Origin: Rubripirellula sp.
Lineage (GTDB): Bacteria > Planctomycetota > Planctomycetia > Pirellulales > Pirellulaceae
Length of the DNA stretch: 64,000 nt
Direction of reading: 5' to 3'
Assembly: GCA_965216875.1 (NCBI GenBank)
Contig: OZ244207.1
Coordinates: 4,736,001-4,800,000 of the forward strand
Made by a program: the position numbers and the translations under genes
The notes under the pieces: generated by a model
What the model was told of the DNA's origin: nothing
What the model saw: only the letters and a program-made list of their open reading frames with translations
Database searches by the model: none
Part shown: piece by piece, positions 29,776 to 40,731 of the stretch
Numbering within the stretch: the stretch's first letter is position 1
Layout: each line of letters begins with the position of its first letter

Positions 29776-31200
29776 CTAGGCGCCAGCAAATTGAAGCCGG
29801 GGATCATCGAGCCCCAAACGCTTCATTTTCTTGTAGAGGGTGGTTCGATTGATATCGAGCGCATCGGCCGTCGCCGCGCGATTCCAATTGTGGACACGCA
29901 ATGCTTGCAAAATGATTTGGCGTTCGGGTCCTTCCAGTGCCTCACGCAGTGTTAACCCATTGGCCTCGGCGAGGTTGAAGGCTGGCTGTGAAACTTCGCC
30001 TCCAAGCGGGCTCGCGGCAGCGCGGCCGGTCAGTTCGGGCGGCAGGTCGTCCATCGTCAGGACGTCACCTCGAGACAACAGCACCGCTCGTTCGACCACG
30101 TTCTCGAGTTGTCGAACGTTGCCGGGCCAGTCGTAGGACTGGAGGGCTTTCATTGCGGCAGCATCGAATCCTTCGATGTCGCGACCGCACGTTTCCGCCA
30201 CTTCACGAAGGAAGTGATCGACCAACAAGGGGACATCACCAGCCCGTTCGCGGAGAGCAGGCAAGACGATGTTGACGACGTTGATTCGGTAGTAAAGGTC
30301 TTGTCGAAAATCGCCGTCAACGACCGACTTGGCTAAGTCTTCGTTGGTCGCCAAGATCACGCGCGTGTCGACGGCGTGTGTTTCAGTGCCACCGAGTGGT
30401 TCGAACTGAAACTCTTGCAGCACGCGAAGCAGTTTGACTTGCATCGCTTGGGTCGCTGTTCCGATCTCGTCGAGGAACAACGTGCCGCCATCGGCAAGGT
30501 CGAACTTACCTGCTTTGTCACTGTTTGCACCGGTGAAGGCGCCTGCAACGTGACCAAACAGTTCGCTTTCGAGCAATGTATCGGGAAGCGCACCACATGC
30601 CACTTCGACGAACGGACCGCCGCGACGAGCGCTACGAGCGTGAATGGCTCGCGCGATCATGCTTTTCCCCGTCCCGTTTTCGCCCGTGATCAGAATGGAT
30701 GCTTTCGCGTCCGCAACGCTGTCGATCACATCAAAGATCTTCAGCATCCGATAGTCGTGACTGAGAATATTCTCGAGACCGGAGCGACGATCGAGTTGAG
30801 CGCGGAGGGTTTCGTTTTCTTTTGTGATTTCGCGTTGCGAGATGGCGCGGTTGATTGCCAACTGCAACTCGTCATCGATCAGCGGCTTGGTCAGCAGATC
30901 GAATGCGCCAGCACGCACAGCCTGGACCGCGGTGTCGGGAGTGGCAAATCCGGTGATCACCAACACCGCAGTATCGGGGTGCCGCTTGCGAGAATGGGTG
31001 ATCAAATCGAACCCGTCTTCTTCGCCTAAGCGAAGGTCGGTGAGCAAAAGGTCGTATTCACCATTTCTTAACGCAGTTTTTCCTGCGTCGATCGTGTGGG
31101 CCACATCGACCGTATACGACAGTTCGCGCAACCATGCTGCCATCGAGTCAGCGAGGTGGCGATCGTCGTCGACCAGCAGAATCGATGGACAAACAGTCAT
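29776..31200 (-). CDS. Sigma-54-dependent response regulator (NtrC/AtoC family)
   Basis: Receiver domain (LLVDDD, TDL), [31 protein letters not shown], Fis-type HTH. Confidence 0.95.
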   Translation of the reverse strand: MTVCPSILLVDDDRHLADSMAAWLRELSYTVDVAHTIDAGKTALRNGEYDLLLTDLRLGEEDGFDLITHSRKRHPDTAVLVITGFATPDTAVQAVRAGAFDLLTKPLIDDELQLAINRAISQREITKENETLRAQLDRRSGLENILSHDYRMLKIFDVIDSVADAKASILITGENGTGKSMIARAIHARSARRGGPFVEVACGALPDTLLESELFGHVAGAFTGANSDKAGKFDLADGGTLFLDEIGTATQAMQVKLLRVLQEFQFEPLGGTETHAVDTRVILATNEDLAKSVVDGDFRQDLYYRINVVNIVLPALRERAGDVPLLVDHFLREVAETCGRDIEGFDAAAMKALQSYDWPGNVRQLENVVERAVLLSRGDVLTMDDLPPELTGRAAASPLGGEVSQPAFNLAEANGLTLREALEGPERQIILQALRVHNWNRAATADALDINRTTLYKKMKRLGLDDPRLQFAGA

Positions 31201-31601
31201 GTACCGTACACGCAATTATCTGTGGACCTTCAGTACCAACCCGGCTGAAAACGTTCGCAAAGCCACCTGAATGCTGGTACTGTGAAAGAACCGCGTTCCC
31301 AAAGTCGCGTCCGCAAAACGCAATGCGACCGAAAAACAGAGGTTCTCTGGGGAGATTTAGGTCATGGTTAACGTCTGGTCAAAGAAGTTGAGCCATATGG
31401 GCTCAATCGGTACCCAACCTGGGGAGCCCAGACCCCCACACTCCACCCTCCTGGGCCAGTGGCGATTAGCCACAATGACTGCAAGTCGTTTGTTCACAAT
31501 GACTTGCGTTAAACTCTCACCCTAGTAACGACGAATGATTCGGTGAACAATCGTCGCGACGACGTCAGGCAGCTGAATACGGGGTGTTGGTTTTTTCGGA
31601 T

Positions 31602-32249
31602 ATGTCGATGGTATTGAGGGTATTAGTTGTTGATGACCACGAGGTCGCACGCCAGGGCTTGAAGGAGCTTCTCGACGGACAACAGATTGCGATCGCCGCT
31701 TCTGTTTCTACCGCTGACGAAGCACATGCCGCACTTGAATCAACTTCAATTGATGTGGTGCTGCTTGATGTTCGCATGCAAGACACCGATGGCTTGTCGA
31801 TGCTCGAAGCGATTCGCAAGAAATGGGATGACTTACCGGTGCTGATGCTCAGCACCTATGACAATCCCACTTACGTTGCTCGCGCCGCTGCGTTGGGCGC
31901 GAATGATTATCTGCTGAAGAGTGCAGATCGTGATTACCTTGCCGAAGCGATTGACCGTGCGGTCAACGCTAGGCCCCTACCGGCGCAAAGTCGGTTGGCG
32001 AGAATTCGCCACATGATGGAGCAGGAAGTTGATGTCACCACGCTACCTCCTGAACTACCTTTGACGAGCCGCGAAGCACAAGTGTTGCGGCATGTCGCCC
32101 TTGGCTTGAGCAACAAAGAGATTGCGAGCTCGCTAAGGATCAGCGTTGAAACGGTCAAAGAGCATGTGCAAAACGTATTGCGCAAGTGCAACGCCAATGA
32201 CCGGACCGACGCTGCCGTTCGCGCCGTCAAACTCGGCATCGTAGACTGA
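31602..32249 (+). CDS. NarL/LuxR-family response regulator
   Basis: VVDDHEV, LLDVRM, LTSREAQVL...GLSNKEIA..L.IS.ETVKEHV. Confidence 0.95.
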   Translation: MSMVLRVLVVDDHEVARQGLKELLDGQQIAIAASVSTADEAHAALESTSIDVVLLDVRMQDTDGLSMLEAIRKKWDDLPVLMLSTYDNPTYVARAAALGANDYLLKSADRDYLAEAIDRAVNARPLPAQSRLARIRHMMEQEVDVTTLPPELPLTSREAQVLRHVALGLSNKEIASSLRISVETVKEHVQNVLRKCNANDRTDAAVRAVKLGIVD

Positions 32250-32277
32250 GCGGAAGCATCATGGCTTTGTAGGCTTT

Positions 32278-32505
32278 GTAGGTCATGCTGTGCATGACAC
32301 CCCAGTGATATGTGGGGCATGACTTACAACGCGCCCCTACTCATGAGCCGAACAACGTAGCTACGCTCGCCAGAGCGTGGTCGTAGCGAGAACCGCCTTC
32401 TGGCGAAGGTAGCTACGGGCCTTTCCGCCTAAAGGCGGGACTACGAACGGATCGTGAGCTTTACACGACTCAACGTAGAACCACCTTCTGGCGAAGGTAG
32501 CTACG
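32278..32505. repeat. REP mosaic: REP-A variant (32278-32298) plus a decayed copy of the B/C/D composite unit
   Basis: Shares the linkers GCGAGAACC and ACGAACGGATCGTGAGC with the 29400-29700 units. Confidence 0.85.
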
Positions 32506-32523
32506 GCACGGGGCAGTGTACAA

Positions 32524-33801
32524 CTACGCCTCGAGCACTTCTTTGCCGACCCACGGCTGGAGCGATTTTGGAATCGCGATGCTTCCGTCGGCTCGTTGAT
32601 GGTTTTCCAATACCGCGATCATCGCTCGGCCTGTCGCAATCGCCGTTCCGTTGAGGGTGTGGACGAACTCGGTCCCTTTCTTGCCCGGCGTTTTGAAGCG
32701 AACATTCAGTCGACGAGCTTGGTAGTCCGTGCAATTGCTTGTGCTGGTCACTTCACCCCAAGCACCGCCTTCACCGCGGCCCGGCATCCAAGCCTCCAGG
32801 TCAAACTTGCGATAGGCTGGTCCGCCAAGGTCACCGCTGGCCGTATCGATCACGCGGTAGGGGACTTCGAGAGCGTCAAAGATCTCGCACTCGAGTTCAC
32901 GCATCTCGTCATGCAGCGCGTCACTTTGATCGGGTGCCGCGAACGCAAACATCTCTACCTTGCTGAACTGATGGACTCGGTACAAGCCCTTCGACGCCCG
33001 TCCGGCGGCACCCGCTTCGGTTCGGAAACAATGGCTGAGACCGCAGAGGCGAATCGGCAGTTGTTCCAAATCGACGGTTTGTCCCGACATCATGCCGCCG
33101 AGTGTGATTTCGGCGGTCGCAACGAGATTCAGTTCGGTGTTTTCGATCGAATAGATCTGTGTCTCGGGTCCACGCGGGTTGAAGCCGGTACCCTGCAAAA
33201 TGCTTGTGAGTGCGAGGTCAGGTGTTGCCACCGGCGTGAAACCTCGATCGGCTAGAAAACTGACCGCAAATTGTTGCAGGGCGAGGTCGATTCGAACGGC
33301 AGCGTTGCGCAGGAAGTAAAAACCAGCACCAGCGACACGAGCGCCGCCCTCGAAATCAAAGAGGTCGTGGACTTCGCCTAGTTCCAAGTGATCCTTGGCC
33401 TGAAAGTCAAACTCAGGCTTGGACGTTTTGCCAAACGACAACTCTTTCGCGTCATCCTCGCCACCGGTCGGGACGTTGGGGTGAGTCAAGTTGGGAATGA
33501 TCGTTTGCAAGCTGACGATCTCTTGATCAAGTTCGTCATGTTCCTTTTGCGCCGCGTCTTTGGCTTCGCGCAGTCGGCGTCCTTCTTCGATCAACGCCTG
33601 ACGTTCCTCGGCATCCTTGGCTTTGCCAATCTGCTTGCTAACGGTATTGGCCTGTTGGTTAAGGTCTTGGGCGAGTTGCAGCTTTTCGAGTCGATCTTTG
33701 TCAAGTTGAACGATGCGATCGACGTCACAGTCGACGCCGCGACGCTCGCAGTTTTCGCGAACGAGATCAGGGTTTTGAATGATGAATTTGCGATCGAGCA
33801 T
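32524..33801 (-). CDS. serS: Serine--tRNA ligase
   Basis: MLD N-terminus, TAE, FRTEAG, GLYRVHQFSKVE, SNCTDYQARRL, HTLNGT. Confidence 0.98.
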   Translation of the reverse strand: MLDRKFIIQNPDLVRENCERRGVDCDVDRIVQLDKDRLEKLQLAQDLNQQANTVSKQIGKAKDAEERQALIEEGRRLREAKDAAQKEHDELDQEIVSLQTIIPNLTHPNVPTGGEDDAKELSFGKTSKPEFDFQAKDHLELGEVHDLFDFEGGARVAGAGFYFLRNAAVRIDLALQQFAVSFLADRGFTPVATPDLALTSILQGTGFNPRGPETQIYSIENTELNLVATAEITLGGMMSGQTVDLEQLPIRLCGLSHCFRTEAGAAGRASKGLYRVHQFSKVEMFAFAAPDQSDALHDEMRELECEIFDALEVPYRVIDTASGDLGGPAYRKFDLEAWMPGRGEGGAWGEVTSTSNCTDYQARRLNVRFKTPGKKGTEFVHTLNGTAIATGRAMIAVLENHQRADGSIAIPKSLQPWVGKEVLEA

Positions 33802-33830
33802 TTTTCTATAGCAAGCGTGCGTGTGGCTTC

Positions 33831-35204
33831 TTAAACAAGTTTTCCAATTTCGTCCCAGAGCATGGCTGACGCGCGAATCCCGCGGTGGTAATCAGCGACT
33901 CGGAACTTTTCGTTAGGACTGTGCAGGTTGTCGTCGTTCAATCCCCATCCGATCAGCAGACAATCGCAACCGAGGACTTCTTGAAAGCGGGCGACAATCG
34001 GAATCGAACCACCTTCGCGAATCAGGACGGGTGCAACACCAAATGCAGATTCGACGGCGTTGGTGGCCGCTTTAACAAACTGGCTTTCGGTGTTGGCAAG
34101 CATGCCGGGGGCGCCGTGATCGCGATGCAGGGTCCAACGAACGCCCGTCGGAGCATGCTTGGCGAGGTGTTTTTCAATTGCGTCAGAAATTTTGACCGGA
34201 TCTTGGTCGGGAACCAATCGGCAACTGAACTTGGCCGACGCGGTCGCCGGAATGATCGTTTTGACGCCTTCGCCCTGATGGCCACAGGTCAAACCATTGA
34301 CATCGAATGTGGGCCGAGCCCAACGGCGCTGGTTTGTCGTAAAACCCGTTTCACCAAAGAGTGCATCGACACCGACCGACTCGGCGTACTCACCGTCGTC
34401 ATGGGGAAGCTGCGCCCATGCGGTCGCTTCGCTTTCGCTCTGCGTGCGAACGTCATCATAGAACCCTTCGACTTGAATTCGGCCTTGGTCATCAACCATC
34501 GACGACAGCATGTGACTCAGAGCGATCGCTGGATTCATCACCGTACCGCCAAACGAGCCGCTGTGCAGATCTTGGCTGGGCCCATCCACCTGCAATTCGT
34601 AGGTCGCGATGCCTCGCAATCCGTACGTGATCGCCGGCTGGCCATCGGCATACTGGCTGCTGTCGCTGATAACGACACAATCGCACGCGAGACGCTCGCG
34701 CAATTCGGGCAACATACGATCCAGATTCTCGCTGCCAACTTCTTCTTCACCTTCGATCAAAAACTTGACCTGCAGGGGCAACGTTTTTCCTGCGGCCATC
34801 CACTCACAAACGCTTTGAATGTGGGTCAGCACCTGGCCTTTGTCGTCGGTTGCACCGCGGGCGTAGAGGTTGCCATCACGCACGGTCGGCTCGAAGGGGC
34901 CGGAAATCCAATCTTCGAGCGGTTCGGGGGGCTGGACGTCATAGTGTCCATAAACCATCACCACGGGCGCACCAGGAACGGGTGGCGTCTGTGCGAGCAC
35001 CATTGGATGGCCTTCAGTGGCCACGATTTCCACTTCCAGTCCCGCCGCAGAGAACTTTGCAGCCACCCAGTCGGCCGCTTTGCGAACATCCTCTTTTCGG
35101 GACGAGTCACTGCTAATGCTCGGGATTTTCAGCCACTCAGACAGCTCGTCTAGATGACGCGATTCGGCGTCGGCAAGCTGATCCATCAAGGATGGTTGGG
35201 ACAT
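33831..35204 (-). CDS. M20 family dipeptidase
   Basis: YGHYDVQP, RGATDDKGQ, EGEEE, DLHSG, GGSIP, HSPNE. Confidence 0.93.
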   Translation of the reverse strand: MSQPSLMDQLADAESRHLDELSEWLKIPSISSDSSRKEDVRKAADWVAAKFSAAGLEVEIVATEGHPMVLAQTPPVPGAPVVMVYGHYDVQPPEPLEDWISGPFEPTVRDGNLYARGATDDKGQVLTHIQSVCEWMAAGKTLPLQVKFLIEGEEEVGSENLDRMLPELRERLACDCVVISDSSQYADGQPAITYGLRGIATYELQVDGPSQDLHSGSFGGTVMNPAIALSHMLSSMVDDQGRIQVEGFYDDVRTQSESEATAWAQLPHDDGEYAESVGVDALFGETGFTTNQRRWARPTFDVNGLTCGHQGEGVKTIIPATASAKFSCRLVPDQDPVKISDAIEKHLAKHAPTGVRWTLHRDHGAPGMLANTESQFVKAATNAVESAFGVAPVLIREGGSIPIVARFQEVLGCDCLLIGWGLNDDNLHSPNEKFRVADYHRGIRASAMLWDEIGKLV

Positions 35205-35418
35205 GGGCCAAACTTATCGATTGGGTGATTGGGACAAAGACTGCGGGAAAGCGAAGCACAGCTCGCCCCGTGATCGCATTAAAAAAGGACTGCCTAGCGG
35301 CCGCCAGCTGCGCTACAATATATCGACATTGTTGGCAGCGAGAATGACGGTGAAATCCGTCCCCACCGCTGCTGACAGTACCGATGGGGTCCGAAGAAGT
35401 GGAGGAGCATGATCAGCA

Positions 35419-35763
35419 ATGGCAGATCAGCAGACTATGGTGGCTGAGCCACACGTCGAGACCAAGAAACAGCAGCGACGCAAACCGAAAAAACAACCTC
35501 GCTATCACGTCGTTTTGTGGGACGATTCCGACCACAGCTACGACTACGTTGTCTTGATGATGAAGCAACTGTTTCGGCATCCCATTGAAACGGGCTTCCA
35601 AATCGCCAAAGAGGTTGATCACAGCGGTCGTGCAATCTGCCTGACCACCACTTTGGAACACGCCGAACTGAAACGTGACCAGATTCGCGCGTTCGGCAAA
35701 GACGAGCTGATCGCTAGCTGCAAAGGCAGCATGTCGGCAACGATCGAACCGGCTGTTGAGTAA
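35419..35763 (+). CDS. clpS: ATP-dependent Clp protease adaptor ClpS
   Basis: PRYHVVLWDD..HSYDYV...EVDHSGRAI; GGAGGA RBS. Confidence 0.85.
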   Translation: MADQQTMVAEPHVETKKQQRRKPKKQPRYHVVLWDDSDHSYDYVVLMMKQLFRHPIETGFQIAKEVDHSGRAICLTTTLEHAELKRDQIRAFGKDELIASCKGSMSATIEPAVE

Positions 35764-35907
35764 AGCCGAACCGGTGATCGTGCTGACGACACCGTGATCA
35801 ATACAACCAACAAACAAGATGTGTCGCAACTGCTTGTCCTCAAGCTGTGCAACCAACGATGAAAGAACGCACTGGCATCGCAGCTCAGTGCAGGGAATGT
35901 TTGAGGA

Positions 35908-37218
35908 ATGAGTGCCAAACTTCGCGTTGCAACCCTCGGTTGCAAAGTCAATCAGTACGAAACCGAATTGGTCCGCCAAGGACTTCAGCAAATCGGGTAC
36001 AGCGAACCGGCCGATACGGAACCTGCCGACGTGTGCTTGGTCAACACGTGCACGGTCACCAACGAAGGCGATTCGAAAAGCCGACAGGTGATCCGCCGAA
36101 TGCATCGTGACAATCCCGACGCCAGGATTGTCGTGATGGGATGCTATGCGACGCGTGCTCCCGAAGAAGTTGGTGCGCTTCCCGGCGTTGTCGATGTCGT
36201 CACCGACAAACGTGAACTGCCGGACTTGATGACCCGCTTTGGTGTGATCGACGTGCCGACGGGCCTTTCCGGTTTCTCAGGTCGGCAACGAGCCTACGTG
36301 AAGGTCCAAGACGGATGTCTTTTGCGATGCAGCTATTGCATCATTCCCCATGTCCGCCCTGACCTTACCAGTCGCCCCCCAGAACACATCGTCGATGAAG
36401 TTCGCAGCCTAACGGAAGCGGGGCATCGCGAAGTCGTCCTGACGGGCATCCATCTTGGTCACTACGGCGTCGAGTGGAACAAGAGCAAGCCGAAAGAGGA
36501 ATGGGTCCGCTTGGCGCATTTGCTGAGACGCCTTTGCGAATTGCCTGGTGCATTTCGAATCCGGCTCAGCAGCATCGAAGCGACTGAGGTGACACGTGAG
36601 TTGATCTCGGTGATGGCCGAGCATTCGGATCGGATTGTCCCACACCTTCACTTGTGCCTTCAAAGTGGAAGTGACGCCGTGCTGCGTCGAATGCGGCGCC
36701 GCTGGGGAGCCAAGATGTTCCTCGATCGTTGCCGCTTGCTACGTGAGTCGCTTGATGAACCAGCCATCACCACCGATGTGATTGTCGGTTTCCCTGGTGA
36801 GACCGAAAACGAATTCCAGCAAACGCTCGATACCTGTCGCGAAGCGGGCTTCTCAAAGATTCACGCGTTTCCGTTCAGCGCGCGGCGTGGAACGCCAGCG
36901 GCCGACATGGCCGACCAAATCCCCAAAGCCGTTCGCAGCGAGCGTGTTTCGATCTTGAGTGATCTCGAATCGGAACTTCGACGCGATTACTACGATCGGC
37001 TGGTTGGCCGACAGCTTGAGATGCTCGTCGAAACATCGTCGCCGGTCGTGGGGATCGGAAGCGAAGCAAGTGGCACGGGTATCGCGAAAGGCACGACTTG
37101 CCGTTACGCGCCGGCCGAGCTTTCACACGACGCGGACCGTCTCCCTAAAGAAGGTTCGATGTTAAACGTTAAAGTCACTGCAACGGACGGCGAGAAGTTG
37201 ACGGTCGATTTGGTGTAG
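35908..37218 (+). CDS. mtaB: tRNA t6A37 methylthiotransferase MtaB
   Basis: TLGCKVNQYE, NTCTVT, radical-SAM KVQDGCLLRCSYC, HAFPFSARRGTPA. Confidence 0.93.
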   Translation: MSAKLRVATLGCKVNQYETELVRQGLQQIGYSEPADTEPADVCLVNTCTVTNEGDSKSRQVIRRMHRDNPDARIVVMGCYATRAPEEVGALPGVVDVVTDKRELPDLMTRFGVIDVPTGLSGFSGRQRAYVKVQDGCLLRCSYCIIPHVRPDLTSRPPEHIVDEVRSLTEAGHREVVLTGIHLGHYGVEWNKSKPKEEWVRLAHLLRRLCELPGAFRIRLSSIEATEVTRELISVMAEHSDRIVPHLHLCLQSGSDAVLRRMRRRWGAKMFLDRCRLLRESLDEPAITTDVIVGFPGETENEFQQTLDTCREAGFSKIHAFPFSARRGTPAADMADQIPKAVRSERVSILSDLESELRRDYYDRLVGRQLEMLVETSSPVVGIGSEASGTGIAKGTTCRYAPAELSHDADRLPKEGSMLNVKVTATDGEKLTVDLV

Positions 37219-37242
37219 CGTTGTAGTGAGCGCATTCGGCTC

Positions 37243-37459
37243 GTAGCTACCTTCGCCAGAAGGTGGTTCCCACGATGAGGCCGATATCCGCTGTCACCAC
37301 GCTCTGGCGAGCGTAGCTACGAACGTGCTAGGCCCGGCCGCTCACGCGTCGCGGCTCATTTGAATGAACTGGAAGCTCGGCAGGAGCCTCGCCCTCCCGA
37401 GAATTCTCTCGTTGCCTCTTTCGAATATGCGAGGCCCGACGCTAGCGCGTTCGGCTCAC
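37243..37459. repeat. REP mosaic: REP-C pair (37243-37320), B variant, REP-H (37372-37406) and REP-B (ends 37459)
   Basis: Units recur elsewhere; the H + linker + B arrangement matches 41458-41543. Confidence 0.88.
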
Positions 37460-38007
37460 GCTTCGCGCATCTTCGCTCGGGCGCGTGTCAGAACGGGGCC
37501 GATGCTGTTTTCGCTCATGCCAACCACTTGGCTGATCTCGGCATACGTCTTGCCTTCGAGGTGATACATCCGCACCACGTTGGCTTCTTGTGGGTCGAGC
37601 CGCATCAGCAACTTCTGGACTTCTTCTTGATCTTCGATCCGATCAGGCGTTTGGTCCTTGGCAACACGATCGTGCACGACCGAACCAATCGCAGCACCAT
37701 TGCGTCGGTTGGCCACCAACCGACGAGCGATCACGCGGCGGGCGATCACGGTCAAATAAGTCGCGAGCGAGCAATTACGACGAAACCGTCGCAGCACGCC
37801 AAAGTCGCTGGCAACGATGGTCAGAAACACTTCCGCAACCAGATCGTCTCGAGTTGACGCATCAAGCTGAATCCCGCGCGCGGCCGCGGTGTGATTGGCA
37901 ACGTGGACGACCAGACCGAGAAATCGATCAACAAAGTCCTGCCAAGCACGCGGAGCCCGATCGAGGCACCGCTGCAGCAAAAGACGATCGACCTCGGAAA
38001 GACTCAC
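37456..38007 (-). CDS. ECF-type RNA polymerase sigma factor
   Basis: AWQDFVDRF, DDLVAEVF, SLATYL.VIARR, EGKTYAEIS..VG......G..LTRAR; start GTG 38007 chosen. Confidence 0.9.
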   Translation of the reverse strand: MSLSEVDRLLLQRCLDRAPRAWQDFVDRFLGLVVHVANHTAAARGIQLDASTRDDLVAEVFLTIVASDFGVLRRFRRNCSLATYLTVIARRVIARRLVANRRNGAAIGSVVHDRVAKDQTPDRIEDQEEVQKLLMRLDPQEANVVRMYHLEGKTYAEISQVVGMSENSIGPVLTRARAKMREA

Positions 38008-38358
38008 AGGAGTGACACCACAGTAAAAAGTTGCATTGCCTGAACACTGCCTTGGCAGGCGAACCAGCGATTTAGCGGTCATGCATCGATCGCATGAGCC
38101 GCATGCGAATCCGTTCCGAGCTGTTTCAGCCAGCGTTACGACCGGTAACGTCGGAGTGACCGGAAAAACTGGCTTTCTGCATAGTAGGTAGGGAAACCTC
38201 AAATCGCAAGGTTTCCCCCACCAGGCGGATGCTTTCGGAGCCTTTTTTCATGGGAAATGTATCGTTTCGGTAACCCCCACTTTTTGCCGAAGGTCAGATC
38301 GTGGCCTAGCCTTTGACATTGCTTGAAACTCTCGTTCTAGACGCTTTGTGCAATCCGA

Positions 38359-40647
38359 ATGACCGATACAAACGCAACGGGTGGATCCCCTACGATCGCC
38401 GGCGCACCCGCAACCACCACAGGCGCAGCGAACCTACCGGTAGCTGCTGTCGAACAGGGTCAAGCTCGAGTGGGGCAACTCCTTGCGGTTCTTCAAGAAT
38501 CCGCGCCCGCCGCGGCCGAAGTCAAACGGCCCGACGCGCACGCGACTTTTGAAAACCAATTGGCGGTCGTCCGACTTGGGATGGCCACGTCGCTCTTTTA
38601 CGCGCTTCGCGCCAAACACCGCGCGACCGCTGCGCACTCGTTGCGAGTCGCGCTGACCTGTTCGGCCTGGGCAAGTCGCCTCGGCCTGGACGAACAAACT
38701 CGCGATCGTATCGAAGTCGCCGCCTTGCTTCACGACATTGGCAAGATCGGTATCCCCGATCGCATTCTTCGAAAACCAGGCAAGCTGACCGTCGACGAAC
38801 AATTGATGATGGACGGCTGCAACGACCAGGCTTGCGAAATCCTTCGTGGATGCACGAGCGATGTTGACTTGCTTAGCATCGTCGCCCACGCCAATTCTTG
38901 GTTCGACAGCCGCCGGCAAGGTGACGGACCTCGTGGCGCGGCATTACCCATTGGCGCACGCATGTTGGCCATCGCCAACGCGTTTGACGCCATGACGACC
39001 GACAGCGTCTATCGCCGCGCGATGAGCCGCGAACGAGCGATTCAGGAACTGTTTCAAGGCAGCGGCACTCAGTTCGACCCGGATTTGATCGCCGACTTCA
39101 GCCACATGTTGGAACAAAAGCCCGAAATGCTCCGGGGCGCCATCGTCGATCGCTGGCTGCAAAAACTGCAACCCAGCTCGGGCGATGCTCTTTGGAATTC
39201 CTCCGGCTTCGCCTCGGGTGAACGGTCCACCTACGTCGTCCGCCGTGAAACCTTGTTCGTCAACCAACTGCTAAGCAACACAAAAGATGGCGTCGTGTTT
39301 ACCGACACGGAAGGAACGATCACGCAATGGAATGACGTGATGCACGACCTGACAGGTATCGCTCCCGAAGCGATTCTTGGCAAATCGTGGTCCGATAAGT
39401 GCATCGGTTTGCAGGAGTGTGCGAGTGACGACGAAGAGAGTAGCGATAGCGACGAAGCACAAGCCAGCGACACAGCCTGCCTGGTCGCCGAATGCCTTCA
39501 CAGTAACGCACGCGTCGCGCGGCCGATGACCTTGCAACGGCCTTCGGGTAACCCGTCGCCAGTTCACGTTCAGGTCGCCCCGGTGCATGGCAGCACCCCC
39601 GGCACGCATGGAACGGTCATCATTATTCGCGACATGACCGACCAAGCTGAAATGGAAGAGCAGCTCGAAACGCTTCATCACAAAACCACGATCGATCCGC
39701 TGACGGGTGTTGCCAATCGAGCACACTTTGATGAAGCCATTCGTGAACTCGTCGCCAAAGGTACGGCAGGTGGCGAGACCTTCAGTTTGATCATTTGTGA
39801 CATTGACCATTTCAAGCGAGTCAACGACGTTCACGGTCATCCGGCCGGCGACGAAGCACTCGTCAGTTTCGCGGCGGTCCTCAAGAGCCATAGCCGCGAC
39901 GGTGACTTGGTCGCACGGTATGGCGGCGAAGAATTCCTGGTGCTTGCGAGCAAGTGCGACAACGCCACCGCCACTCACAAAGCGGAAGCCATTCGCAGTT
40001 CTCTCGAGGCAACGGCCCTACCAAGCCTTGGGGGTGAAGCGGTCACGGCGAGCTTTGGCGTCACCGAATTCCAGCCAGGTGATACGGCCGAAACCGTTCT
40101 TTCGCGTGCTGACCGTGCCCTGCTGAAGGCGAAAGACAATGGGCGCAACCGGGTCATTCAATTTGGCAGCGGCGGTGTGGCCGAATCCAAGAGCGAGACT
40201 CCCAAGCGATCATGGCTCGGCTGGTTCGACACGGACCAAGAAGTCTGTGAGAGCGATTTCGATATCGTCACGCCCGTTCCGGTCGATCTCGCGATCGAAA
40301 AACTGCGTGGATTCATCGCCGACCACAATGCCGAGATCATCAACGTCAGCGAAAACCAAGTTTCACTCAAAGTCAACGCGATCTGCAGTGCGGGTGGACG
40401 CCGACGGGTCGACCAACAGATCGCCTTGCGTGCCCAGCTTACCCTGAGTGAATCGTTCGTTCCCGGCAAAATCCCTGTCGATGGAACGGCCGAGGACGCC
40501 GGCCCTGGCTTTGTGAAATCAAACGTTCACATCAACTTGCAACCGATCCGAAACCGCGATCGCCGCAGCCGCGAATTGGCAGTTTGCGTCGATCAGGTCG
40601 TCGCCAGTTTGCGAAGTTATCTGATGGGTGAGATTGTCCGAACTTAG
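38359..40647 (+). CDS. Diguanylate cyclase with a (degenerate) HD-GYP domain, PAS and GGDEF domains
   Basis: LHDIGKIGIPD.IL.KPGKLT; PAS-like segment; DPLTGVANR, DIDHFK.VND.HGH, RYGGEEF. Confidence 0.92.
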   Translation: MTDTNATGGSPTIAGAPATTTGAANLPVAAVEQGQARVGQLLAVLQESAPAAAEVKRPDAHATFENQLAVVRLGMATSLFYALRAKHRATAAHSLRVALTCSAWASRLGLDEQTRDRIEVAALLHDIGKIGIPDRILRKPGKLTVDEQLMMDGCNDQACEILRGCTSDVDLLSIVAHANSWFDSRRQGDGPRGAALPIGARMLAIANAFDAMTTDSVYRRAMSRERAIQELFQGSGTQFDPDLIADFSHMLEQKPEMLRGAIVDRWLQKLQPSSGDALWNSSGFASGERSTYVVRRETLFVNQLLSNTKDGVVFTDTEGTITQWNDVMHDLTGIAPEAILGKSWSDKCIGLQECASDDEESSDSDEAQASDTACLVAECLHSNARVARPMTLQRPSGNPSPVHVQVAPVHGSTPGTHGTVIIIRDMTDQAEMEEQLETLHHKTTIDPLTGVANRAHFDEAIRELVAKGTAGGETFSLIICDIDHFKRVNDVHGHPAGDEALVSFAAVLKSHSRDGDLVARYGGEEFLVLASKCDNATATHKAEAIRSSLEATALPSLGGEAVTASFGVTEFQPGDTAETVLSRADRALLKAKDNGRNRVIQFGSGGVAESKSETPKRSWLGWFDTDQEVCESDFDIVTPVPVDLAIEKLRGFIADHNAEIINVSENQVSLKVNAICSAGGRRRVDQQIALRAQLTLSESFVPGKIPVDGTAEDAGPGFVKSNVHINLQPIRNRDRRSRELAVCVDQVVASLRSYLMGEIVRT

Positions 40648-40731
40648 GACCACTTGCGAGAGGCTGCCGGACCGCTATCGTGCTGGGTAGATAGACGTTT
40701 ATCTTTGTCCCAAACACGGAGCACTCTCGGC

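Noticed and set aside
29301..29955. Short ORFs with recurring peptides such as VATFARRW, RSGERSY and PDASAFGS
   Set aside because: They are translations of the REP-B/C/D repeats, not evidence of a protein family.
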